A stretch of DNA of 59,658 bases, the filler included, from Nitrospinota bacterium (GTDB lineage: Bacteria; JADFOP01): assembly GCA_022562795.1 (NCBI GenBank). It is 3 parts of 3 records of this genome, joined end to end, with 100 filler letters (N's around TTAATTAATTAA, not from the genome) between each part and the next. Parts side by side here need not be neighbours in the genome. Positions count along the whole stretch, not along the records: positions 1 to 26,550 come from JADFOP010000030.1; 2 more parts are not named here. One strand, given 5' to 3'. A model generated the notes under the pieces. That model was not told where the DNA came from. It ran no database searches and worked only from the letters and a program-made list of their open reading frames with translations. Positions 1-9,729 of the stretch are shown here, in pieces (positions within the stretch are counted from its first letter, which is position 1; each line of letters starts with the position of its first letter). A program made the position numbers and the translations under genes.

Positions 1-342
1 GATGATGACTATGGAGATGCCGAAGGTCACCAGGAGGGAGGTCAACTCCGGGGCATCGACCACCTTAGCGACGACGAACTTGTGCAGAACAACCCCCAAG
101 ACGAAAAGCAGTGGCATCGAGACCGCAAGGGAAACGATGGGATTGAGGCCGTAGCTATTATAGAGCCAATAGGTAATGTAGGCCCCCACCATCAAGAACG
201 TTCCGTGGGCCACGTTGATGACCCGCATGACGCCGAAGATGAGGGTCAACCCCAAGGCGACGAGGGCGTAGATGCCCCCCAGCAGAAGTCCACTTACAGC
301 CGTCTGAAAGACAATGGCGGGAGTGAAAAACTCGAATGACAT
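1..342 (-). CDS. livH: branched-chain amino acid ABC permease (5' part, runs off window)
   Basis: Translated by hand, not in the ORF track: MSFEFFTPAIVFQTAVSGLLLGGIYALVALGLTLIFGVMRVINVAHG, a LivH N-terminal signature; lies downstream of the binding-protein gene. Confidence 0.9.
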   Translation of the reverse strand, partial: MSFEFFTPAIVFQTAVSGLLLGGIYALVALGLTLIFGVMRVINVAHGTFLMVGAYITYWLYNSYGLNPIVSLAVSMPLLFVLGVVLHKFVVAKVVDAPELTSLLVTFGISIVII

Positions 343-561
343 AAGGAAAGTCGCCAGTCTAAGGAGGGCCGGGTCTGGGACGCCGCCCAGACAGAGTAAT
401 CATATCGGAGCTTGGCGGTCCCGTCAAATTCACCGTCCCGCCATCCCTCGTCTCTATTTAGCGACGTCTACCCCGTGAAGACCGATGCAGCCCCCAAACA
501 AGCAACCCCCCCGGGTATGGTCCTCCAGGCCCGGGGGGGTGCAGCGGCTAGAGGCGTCTTC

Positions 562-1764
562 TCACCGATTGCCCCATTTAGGGGTCGGGAAATTGGGAGA
601 CGCCGAGCGGTATTTCGCCGGATATACGATTTCCTTCTTACCTTTCTGCCACTGGATTAGCAGTATCTCGTGGCCGCGCTGCTCGCCGGTCACGGGATCG
701 ACCGAGTATTGGCCGTGGACGGTCATCATATTTGTGGATGCGAGGCAGTCGCGGATCTTATCTCGATTGATGGAACCCACCTTCTTGACGCACGATTCCA
801 TGACCTGAGCGGCCGACCACCCGCTGGCCGCGTGATAGTTTGGCTCGCGGCCCCAACGCTTCGTGTACTGCTCGACCCACTCCTTCTGCTTCGGGAATGG
901 CAGCTGTGGGTCTGGCTCCCATTGGGTGGCTCCGTAGACGTAATTCGCCAAGTCGCCGAGGTCTCTGCCGAACTCGGGAAGGGCTGGCCCGACGGTGAAG
1001 GCGAGTATCTTGGGGTTGACGTCGAGCTCTTTCATCTGCCGGGTGATGAGCACGGAGTCGGGAAGGTAGCTGGCCGCAAAGACAACATCTGGATTTCGCG
1101 CCTTGATTTTGCTCAGTAAAGGCGAGACGTCAGAGGTCTTGCGGGGATATTTCTCCTCGTAGACAATCCTCAGCCCGTAGCTACCGGCCTTCTCCTTCAC
1201 CCCCTTGGCGGTGCTGATGGGAAAGAGGCTGTCGGCGTAAATGAGGGCAACGGTCTTCAAGCCCTTTTCCTTGGCCAGGGCGAAGGCCCCATCCATGTAG
1301 TCTTTGGCCGGGGAGTAGCTGCCGAAGACGTACTTGCGCCCCTGGGCGAAAATCTTCGAAGAGGGAGCTCCGGCGGTGATCATAGGGTACTTGTACTTCT
1401 CCGTCACCCCCGCCACCGGATTGGTCACGGCGCTGGAGTAGGGGCCAAAAACCAAATCCACTTTGTCCTGGGTGATGAGCTTCTCATACAGCTTTACACC
1501 CGTTTTGGGGTCGCTCTTATCGTCGTAGTGGATGAGCTTGACGGGCCGGCCCAATAGCCCGCCGTGCTTGTTGATCTCCTCGGCCCACATGACGAAGGCT
1601 TCTTGCTGGTATTTGCCCGTTTTGGCGTACTTTCCCGTCAGAGCCAGGGAGTAGCCGATCTTGATAGGATTCTTTTTCTCAGCCTCACAGGCAACCAACC
1701 CCAAGAGCCCAAGAACCAAGACGGCCCTAGTAAGGTACGTAAAAACCCGGTTTGCTGTCTTCAT
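562..1764 (-). CDS. amino acid ABC substrate-binding lipoprotein (LivK/Peripla_BP_6 family)
   Basis: Lipobox LVAC; IKIGYSLALTG, GGLLGRPVKLIHYDDKSDP and FGPYSS motifs. Confidence 0.9.
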   Translation of the reverse strand: MKTANRVFTYLTRAVLVLGLLGLVACEAEKKNPIKIGYSLALTGKYAKTGKYQQEAFVMWAEEINKHGGLLGRPVKLIHYDDKSDPKTGVKLYEKLITQDKVDLVFGPYSSAVTNPVAGVTEKYKYPMITAGAPSSKIFAQGRKYVFGSYSPAKDYMDGAFALAKEKGLKTVALIYADSLFPISTAKGVKEKAGSYGLRIVYEEKYPRKTSDVSPLLSKIKARNPDVVFAASYLPDSVLITRQMKELDVNPKILAFTVGPALPEFGRDLGDLANYVYGATQWEPDPQLPFPKQKEWVEQYTKRWGREPNYHAASGWSAAQVMESCVKKVGSINRDKIRDCLASTNMMTVHGQYSVDPVTGEQRGHEILLIQWQKGKKEIVYPAKYRSASPNFPTPKWGNR

Positions 1765-2361
1765 AAGTGCATCTCTTTTAATAACGTGTAATTATGCAGG
1801 AAGAGGCGCGCTTTGTTCGGGGACGACCTTCCTTGTCTCACCCCCCTCCATAAGTTTTCTCCCCGAATCGCAACAAACCCAACCCGAAGGTGGGTAGACA
1901 ATAACGAGCCCCCACTTTAAATGCGCCCGAGGATCGGGGCACTCCAGCTTAAAACAGACGCACCTCTTATCAGGGAGCATTCCCTAAGCAACCCCTTGAC
2001 CCGGCGTTCCAACACCCACGGACTCCGGAGTTGACGTTGTCTTAGGTCCTTTAAAAGGGGTACACTGCGCTCGTGAGATGGACAAATAATGCCAAATACT
2101 CGAGAGATTAGCAACCCCCTTGGTGGAAAACAATCCAAGGAAAGGACCTGTCAATCCCTTCCGCGGCAAGTCGAAAGTTACCTTAGGTCAACATATCAAA
2201 CCCCACCGGGCAACATCGGCTAAAGTCTTTTGAATCCTTGCCGAATGTATATATAATGGCGTAAGTAACCCCGTGAAAGGAGTCGTAAAGCCCTTGGATA
2301 GCGGCAGGACTGCTCTAAGTAAATATTGATGAACGGTGCCGTCCTGCAGGAGGCTCACCCA

Positions 2362-3798
2362 ATGGCCAGAAATCCAACCAACCCAAAAGAAGACCTTAAC
2401 CTCAACAATATCGTCTCAGCCCAGTTCGACCAAGCCGCTTCATTCCTAAAGGAGCCGAAGGGACTGCTGGAGCTGATTAAGCAGTGCAACAATGTGATCA
2501 TGTTCAAATTCCCCGTTAAGTTCGGCAGAAACTACCAAATTATTCGGGGCTGGCGCGCCGAGCACTCTCACCATCGGAAACCCTTAAAAGGGGGGATCCG
2601 CTTTCACCCCCATGTTGACCAGAACGACATTATGGCCCTGGCCGCCCTGATGACTTACAAGTGCGCCATCGTAGACGTCCCCTTTGGTGGATCCAAAGGT
2701 GGGGTCGCCATCAATCCGAGAGACTACACCGAAGGCCAGTTGGAGAAGATTACACGCCGTTATACGACCGAGCTAATCCGCAAGGGGTTCATCGGCCCAG
2801 GGGTTAACGTTCCAGCGCCCGACATGGGAACCGGAGAGCGGGAGATGGCCTGGATCTTCGATACCTACGACGCCTTCCACACCGGCGGGATCGACAACCT
2901 GGCTTGTGTCACCGGAAAGCCCGTGAGCCAGGGTGGCATCCGAGGCCGTAAAGAGGCAACGGGCCGGGGCGTTCAGTTTGGGATTCGCCAAGCCTTTAGC
3001 CACAGTGAAGATATTCGGGCCGTCGGACTTCAGCCCGGCCTCGCCGGCAAGCGCGTGGTCGTCCAGGGGTTTGGCAACGTCGGCTACCACGCCGCCAGAT
3101 ATCTCTGGGAAGAAGATGAGTGCAAGATCATTGGGGTTGGGGAGTACGCTGGAGGGGTGTATGACCCCAAGGGGCTTAACATTGCAAAATTGGACCTTCA
3201 TCGTAAAAAAACCGGCTCGATTCGAAATTTCCCAGGCGCGAAGACCATCGACGATCCTAAGAAAATTCTCGAAGTCGAATGCGATATCTTAATACCGGCT
3301 GCCCTGGAGAATCAGATCACCCTACAGAACGTCCGGAAAATACGCACCAGTGTCATAGCCGAAGCCGCCAACGGCCCAGTGACACCGGGAGCCGATAAAA
3401 TCCTGCTCGAGCGCGGCATCCTGATTATCCCTGATGTTTACCTGAACGCCGGCGGAGTTACCGTCTCTTATTTTGAATGGAGCAAAAATCTCGCGCACAT
3501 CCGATTCGGAAGAATGCAGCATCGGCTGGAGGAATCCCGTGGCCAAAGCTTCGTCGATTTCCTGGAAAGTAGCACCGGGATTAACATCCCTCCCAAAGTT
3601 CGCGATATCCTGGTACGCGGGGCCGAAGAGGTCGACTTGGTCAACTCCGGGTTGGAAGGTACAATGGTGAACGCGTACGAAGAAATCCGCGAAGTTCTCA
3701 AGCGGCGCCGTAAGCTCTCCAGCCTCCGGACGGCTGCCTATATTGTAGCTATCAAGAAAATCACCACATCCTACCGGGAATTGGGTCTATTTCCTTAA
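2362..3798 (+). CDS. gdhA: Glu/Leu/Phe/Val dehydrogenase (glutamate dehydrogenase)
   Basis: KGGIRF, PFGGSKGG, VPAPDMGT, VQGFGNVG, EAANGP and NAGGVTVSYFEW motifs; AGGAGG RBS before the ATG at 2362. Confidence 0.95.
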   Translation: MARNPTNPKEDLNLNNIVSAQFDQAASFLKEPKGLLELIKQCNNVIMFKFPVKFGRNYQIIRGWRAEHSHHRKPLKGGIRFHPHVDQNDIMALAALMTYKCAIVDVPFGGSKGGVAINPRDYTEGQLEKITRRYTTELIRKGFIGPGVNVPAPDMGTGEREMAWIFDTYDAFHTGGIDNLACVTGKPVSQGGIRGRKEATGRGVQFGIRQAFSHSEDIRAVGLQPGLAGKRVVVQGFGNVGYHAARYLWEEDECKIIGVGEYAGGVYDPKGLNIAKLDLHRKKTGSIRNFPGAKTIDDPKKILEVECDILIPAALENQITLQNVRKIRTSVIAEAANGPVTPGADKILLERGILIIPDVYLNAGGVTVSYFEWSKNLAHIRFGRMQHRLEESRGQSFVDFLESSTGINIPPKVRDILVRGAEEVDLVNSGLEGTMVNAYEEIREVLKRRRKLSSLRTAAYIVAIKKITTSYRELGLFP

Positions 3799-3855
3799 AG
3801 GTGCATTGGAACCCACTTGCTGGCCCAAAACCAACCACCTTAGGAGGGAGAAGCC

Positions 3856-5007
3856 ATGCGGCGTTTTGCAGGTTGGGCTATAGTCGGGCTGCTGGTAGCC
3901 CTAGTGGGAGCCGGTTGCGGCCGTGTAGAGGGTGTGGTTGTGGCCGTGGTCGGCCCGATGACGGGTGATTCCGCCCAATACGGCATCATGGCCAAGCGGG
4001 CTGTCGAACTCTTTACAGAAGAAGTTAATGCCCAAGGGGGCCTCCTCGTCGCCGGAAAGAAGCTTCCGTTGAGCTTTCGCGTAGGCGACGATAAGGCGGA
4101 CCCCAAGGAGGCGGCTTCCGTGGCCACTAAATTCGCCGCCGACCGAAACGTCTCGGTGGTCATAGGCCACTTCAACTCCTCTTGCTGTCTGGCGGGCAAG
4201 CCCATCTACGCCCGAGAAGGCGTGGTGGAGTTCTCCTACGGATGCACGAACCCGGAGGTGGCCAAGGGAAGCCCCTGGACCTTCCGGAACGTCTTCGAGG
4301 ACACCTTCCAGGGCCAAAGCGTGGCCAACTACGCCAAAAACGCCTTGGGGCTTAATCGGGTGGCGGTCTTTTACGACAACGACGACTACGGCCGGGGGCT
4401 AAAGGATAGCTTCGTGGCCCAGGCCAACAGGATCGGCCTTAAGGTCGTCGGCCAAGAGGCCTACGACCGCGAGAGCATCGACTTTCGCTCCCAGCTTACG
4501 AAGCTCCGCACCCGCAGGCCGCAGGCTATTTTCGTCTCCGGCCTCTACAACCAGGGGGGCCTCATCGCCTCACAGACCCGCCAGATCGGAATGAAAAAGA
4601 TCCAAATTCTCGGTGCCGACGGGATGGCCAGCGACGAGTACATCCGACTGGCTGGTCCGGCAGCCGAAGGGACAATCGTCACGAGCCCCTTTCTGTTCGA
4701 GGCCGGCGGCCCAAAGGCCCAGGCCTTCGCCAAGAAGTTTGAGGCCCGCTACGGGGTGGCCCCGGATTGGATTGCGGCCAACGCCTACGACGCCATCGGC
4801 ATGGTCGCCAAGACCATCGAGGAGATCGGAAGCTCCGACCGGAAGGCCATTCGGGACGCCTTAGCAGCCAAGACATCCCTCGAGACGGGCTACCACGGCA
4901 TCACCGGGGTCACCTTTTTCGATGCGAATGGGGATTGCAAAAAGCCCGTCTACATGCAGGAGGTAAAAGGAGGCAAGTGGGTGGCCGCCGAGAAACAGAT
5001 GAAGTGA
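3856..5007 (+). CDS. livK: branched-chain amino acid ABC substrate-binding lipoprotein
   Basis: Lipobox GAGC; GPMTG, DDKADPKEA and VIGHFNS motifs; first gene of a livKHMGF run. Confidence 0.9.
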   Translation: MRRFAGWAIVGLLVALVGAGCGRVEGVVVAVVGPMTGDSAQYGIMAKRAVELFTEEVNAQGGLLVAGKKLPLSFRVGDDKADPKEAASVATKFAADRNVSVVIGHFNSSCCLAGKPIYAREGVVEFSYGCTNPEVAKGSPWTFRNVFEDTFQGQSVANYAKNALGLNRVAVFYDNDDYGRGLKDSFVAQANRIGLKVVGQEAYDRESIDFRSQLTKLRTRRPQAIFVSGLYNQGGLIASQTRQIGMKKIQILGADGMASDEYIRLAGPAAEGTIVTSPFLFEAGGPKAQAFAKKFEARYGVAPDWIAANAYDAIGMVAKTIEEIGSSDRKAIRDALAAKTSLETGYHGITGVTFFDANGDCKKPVYMQEVKGGKWVAAEKQMK

Positions 5008-5114
5008 CCGGCGGCTGCTCCTCGTAGGCTGGCGCTTTCCAACATCCCCTCGCTGTGCCACAATTCCGTCTCTAGAGTACCCCCCGCCACCATTCGGGGG
5101 GATGCTAGCAATCC

Positions 5115-6077
5115 ATGTTTCCACAGCAGCTTATTAACGGCCTTACCTTAGGAAGCGTCTACGCGCTCGTCGCCGTGGGCTACACTATGGTCTACGGTAT
5201 CATCCAGCTCATCAACTTCGCCCACGGTGAGATTTACATGATAGGGGCCTACCTCGCCTTCACCGCCATCTCCTTCCTGCATCTCCCCTTTCCGGTGGCC
5301 CTGTTGCTCAGCATGGCGGGCTGCGCCCTCTTAGGGGTCGCCATCGACTACGTGGCCTACCGACCCCTCCGGCGGGCTCCCCGGCTGGCTGCCCTGATTA
5401 CCGCCATTGGGATGAGCCTCTTTCTCCAGAATGTCGCTCAGGCCATCTGGGGCGCAAACACCCGACCCTACCCTTATGAGGCGATCCCCAAGTTCTTCTA
5501 CGCGTCCGCCTTTTCCCTGGCCAAGGCCGGTGGCACCACAATGGCTACGTTCGGCGAAATCCCCCCGGCGGTGGCCGACCGGCCCGACCTCGCCATCATC
5601 CTTCAAATATCCTGGCTCCAGGTGCTCATCCTCACCGTCAGCCTGCTGATGATGGTGAGCCTGTACATAATCGTCAACCGCACCCGAATCGGCACCGCCA
5701 TGCGGGCCTGTGCCCAAGACCAGCTGATGGCAAGCCTCGTCGGAATCAACGTAAACCGCGTCATAGCCTTCACCTTCGCCTTGGGCAGCGCCCTGGGCGC
5801 CGCCGCCGGGGTGCTCGTCGGGGTGTACTACAACGCAATCTTTCCCACCATGGGCTACCGGGTCGGGGTGGTGGCCTTCGCCGCCGCGGTTCTTGGGGGA
5901 ATCGGCAACGTGGTCGGAGCCATCCTGGGCGGTCTGATCCTCGGCCTGGCCGAGGCCCTCGGGGCGGCCTACATCAGCTCGGAGTACCGATATGCAATCG
6001 CCTACGCCATCATGATTCTCGTCATCATTTTCAAACCCTCGGGGCTCCTTGGGAGCCCGGCCGTAGAGCGAACGTAG
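5115..6077 (+). CDS. livH: branched-chain amino acid ABC permease
   Basis: QQLINGLTLGSVYALVAVGYTMVYGIIQLINFAHGE and AAVLGGIG motifs. Confidence 0.95.
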   Translation: MFPQQLINGLTLGSVYALVAVGYTMVYGIIQLINFAHGEIYMIGAYLAFTAISFLHLPFPVALLLSMAGCALLGVAIDYVAYRPLRRAPRLAALITAIGMSLFLQNVAQAIWGANTRPYPYEAIPKFFYASAFSLAKAGGTTMATFGEIPPAVADRPDLAIILQISWLQVLILTVSLLMMVSLYIIVNRTRIGTAMRACAQDQLMASLVGINVNRVIAFTFALGSALGAAAGVLVGVYYNAIFPTMGYRVGVVAFAAAVLGGIGNVVGAILGGLILGLAEALGAAYISSEYRYAIAYAIMILVIIFKPSGLLGSPAVERT

Positions 6078-6092
6078 GGAAAGGAAAGATCC

Positions 6093-7150
6093 GTGGAGTT
6101 CAGTCGCGCCCTCGGGAGACGGGCCCGCGCCCTATGGGAGCGTATCGCCCGATTAATTGAGACCCGCAACCGACCCTTTCTCGTGGCCGTCTGCATGGTC
6201 GTCCTCGCCGCACCCCTCATGATCGGAGGCTATCCACTCCACGTCGCCATCACCATCATGCTCTATATGCTGCTCGCCCTGGGCCTCAACATCATCCCTG
6301 GCTTTTGCGGCCTCCTCGACTTGGGCTTCGTGGGCTTCTACGGGATCGGCGCCTACACGGCGGGCCTCCTCATACTGAAGCTTGGAGTGAGCTTCTGGCT
6401 CGTCCTTCCCCTGGCAGCCCTCAACGGGGCCATCTGGGGAATTCTCCTGGGGGCCCCCACCCTGCGGCTAACGGGCGACTACTTCGCCATCGTCACCTTC
6501 GGGTTTTCTGAGATCGTTGTCCTCGTCATCACAAACTGGGTCAGCCTCACCCGGGGCCCCATGGGTCTGCCGGGCATCACCCCTCCCAGTATCTTGGGCC
6601 ACTCCTTCTACGGCGAGATCCCCTACTACTACACGATCCTCGGCCTTCTTGTGCTCACCGTCATCCTTTGCCGACGCCTCGCAGACTCGCGTCTCGGACG
6701 GGCCTTTTTCGCTATCCGAGAGGACGAGGTAGCGGCGGCACACTGCGGGATACCCATAATTCAGACGAAGGTCATCGCCTTCGCCATCAGCGCCTCCCTC
6801 GGCGCCCTTGGCGGGGCCTTCTTCGCTGCATGGTTCACCTTCATAAGCCCCAACATGTTCAAATTCTGGGAGAGCGTCCTCATCCTCTGCATGATCGTCC
6901 TGGGGGGGATGGGCTCCATTCCCGGAACGATGCTCGGAGCAGCGATCCTCATCCTCCTCCAGGAGACCCTCCGCCCATTTGGGGTGCTCCGCTACATGAT
7001 CTTTGGCCTCATCCTCATCCTCATGATGCGCTTCCGTCCGTCGGGCCTGCTGGCCGTCGAGCACGTCCGAGGAGAAATGCGTCCCCTTGAGCACGAGCGT
7101 GCCGACCTTGAGAGCGAACCCAGAGGGCCTGGGAGCGGGGAGGTTCCGTC

Positions 7151-7154
<4 letters not shown>
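6093..7154 (+). CDS. livM: branched-chain amino acid ABC permease
   Basis: GLLDLGFVGFYGIGAY, LRLTGDYFAIVTFGF and AIREDEVAA motifs. Confidence 0.95.
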
Positions 7155-7925
<771 letters not shown>

Positions 7926-7933
<8 letters not shown>

Positions 7934-8630
7934 GCTTAGGGGTGTTTCGACCGCCTATGGGCTCTTAGAGGCCGTCAAGGGCGTGGATATCACCATTCGT
8001 AATGGCGAGATCGCCTGCCTCATCGGAGCAAACGGGGCCGGCAAATCAACCACCCTGTTGACCATAGCCGGGATCCTCCAGCCGCTTCGAGGTAGCATCT
8101 CACTCCAGGGGCGCAGAATCGACGGCCTCTCGGCTGATGACATCGTCCAACTAGGGGTGAGCCTGGTGCCCGAAGGGCGGCGAATCTTCCCGGAACTCAC
8201 GGTCGCGGAGAACCTCGCCCTGGGAGCCTACACTCGGCGCGACCGGGAGGCAGTGGCCGAGGACCTCGAATGGGTCTCTAGCCTTTTCCCCATCCTCGCC
8301 GAGCGAAGGGCCCAGAAGGGCGGAACCCTCTCGGGCGGAGAGCAGCAGATGCTGGCCATCGGCCGGGCCCTCATGGCACGCCCGCGCCTGCTCTTGTTGG
8401 ATGAACCATCCCTCGGGCTTGCGCCCCTGATCGTAGAGAAAATATTCGAGATTCTTGCTGAGATAAACCGAAGCGGGACGACCCTCTTTCTCGTCGAGCA
8501 AAACGCCCACATTGCCCTCACGATGGCCCAGACGGGCTATGTGATGGAAACGGGGCGAATTGTGATGCACGACGACGCCGACCGCCTGATACGGCACCCT
8601 CAGGTGAGGTCTGCCTACCTCGGGGAGTAA
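7926..8630 (+). CDS. livF: branched-chain amino acid ABC ATP-binding protein
   Basis: GANGAGKST, LSGGEQQMLAIGRAL and LDEPSLGLAP motifs. Confidence 0.95.
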
Positions 8631-8644
8631 GGGGCCCCTCTGGC

Positions 8645-9289
8645 TCAATCTTCAAGCTGGCCCTCCACCCTTCCACCGTCGCCCCATTGATCTTCTCTAT
8701 CGCTAAGGCGGATGGACTCGACTTCCGCCGCCTCCGGCACCCGGTAGAAGTAGGTGGCCTCCGGGCCGTTGGGCCCGACGTACTGGAGGGTCCGGAATGG
8801 CTTCCAGTCGCCCAGAGTGTAGATACGGCTGATGATGAGGGCTCCGGGTTTGGCGTTGACCTGGAACTTTGGAAAGAGCTTTTTCATAACTTCGGGGAAC
8901 AGGTAACAATAGATTACATCATAGCCCGAGAGGTCGGCTTTGTGAAAATTTCCTAGGATGAGACGGGCATGGGAGCCCTTAAACCAAAGGTTCACCCAAC
9001 TAACGGCGTACGCCACCGGATTGCACTCAAAGCCGACCGCCTCCAGACCGTAAATCCGCTCGACGGCCGTCAGAATCCGTCCGTCGCCGGCCCCCAAATC
9101 CACGAACCGCGCCCCTGCATCGATGGGGGCCTCTGCCAAGATATGCTCAACACACCATCGAAAGGTAGGGATGAAGGCGGCCTGGTTGGTTAGCGGCAGG
9201 TAGATAAGGACTGATAGGAAATAGAGAACGCAGGCCAAGATGAGAAGGCCGAAGAGCAACTGAATTGCAACAAGGACGAGAGACGCCAC
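8645..9289 (-). CDS. membrane-anchored class I SAM-dependent methyltransferase (FAM173/aKMT-like)
   Basis: N-terminal TM helix, FIPT, motif I VDLGAGDGRI, YCYLFP. Confidence 0.8.
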   Translation of the reverse strand: MASLVLVAIQLLFGLLILACVLYFLSVLIYLPLTNQAAFIPTFRWCVEHILAEAPIDAGARFVDLGAGDGRILTAVERIYGLEAVGFECNPVAYAVSWVNLWFKGSHARLILGNFHKADLSGYDVIYCYLFPEVMKKLFPKFQVNAKPGALIISRIYTLGDWKPFRTLQYVGPNGPEATYFYRVPEAAEVESIRLSDREDQWGDGGRVEGQLED

Positions 9290-9369
9290 GGTTGAAATCC
9301 CAGGGTCTAGAATCCCCTATCCTAAAGACGGGGTACGATGATGTTAAAGCTGCCTTCGAAAAAATACAC

Positions 9370-9398
9370 TTGCGAACCGATAGCCGAGATGCTATATT
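9370..9398 (+). promoter_or_regulatory. putative sigma70 promoter of the orphan flp
   Basis: TTGCGA-17 nt-TATATT with a TG extended -10. Confidence 0.5.
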
Positions 9399-9463
9399 AA
9401 TAATCGGCTAGGGACGGTGGAACGCCTACTGTCTAGCTCACCATTCACCCCTAGAGGATCAAT

Positions 9464-9661
9464 ATGGGTACCGAAAGAAAAGGGGACCGCCCGTTGCTTC
9501 GCTCCTTCTGGCGTCGAGAAGAAGGTGCTTCGGCCCTTGAGTACGCTTTGGTAGTCTCACTCATCGCCGCATTCATCGTCATCACCCTCCAGGCCTTCGG
9601 ATTCTCAGTATTGAACCTATTCTCCACGTCCGTCGGGGCCATTAAGGGTGCCGTCAACTAG
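9464..9661 (+). CDS. flp: Flp family type IVb pilin (orphan)
   Basis: REEG|ASALEYALVVSLIA prepilin cleavage/Flp motif; 65 aa. Confidence 0.85.
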   Translation: MGTERKGDRPLLRSFWRREEGASALEYALVVSLIAAFIVITLQAFGFSVLNLFSTSVGAIKGAVN

Positions 9662-9729
9662 CACGAGGCTCTGGCCCCTCTCCATCCGCACCGAACAGTC
9701 ATAGAGATCATCTGACACTCCGCCCCCAT

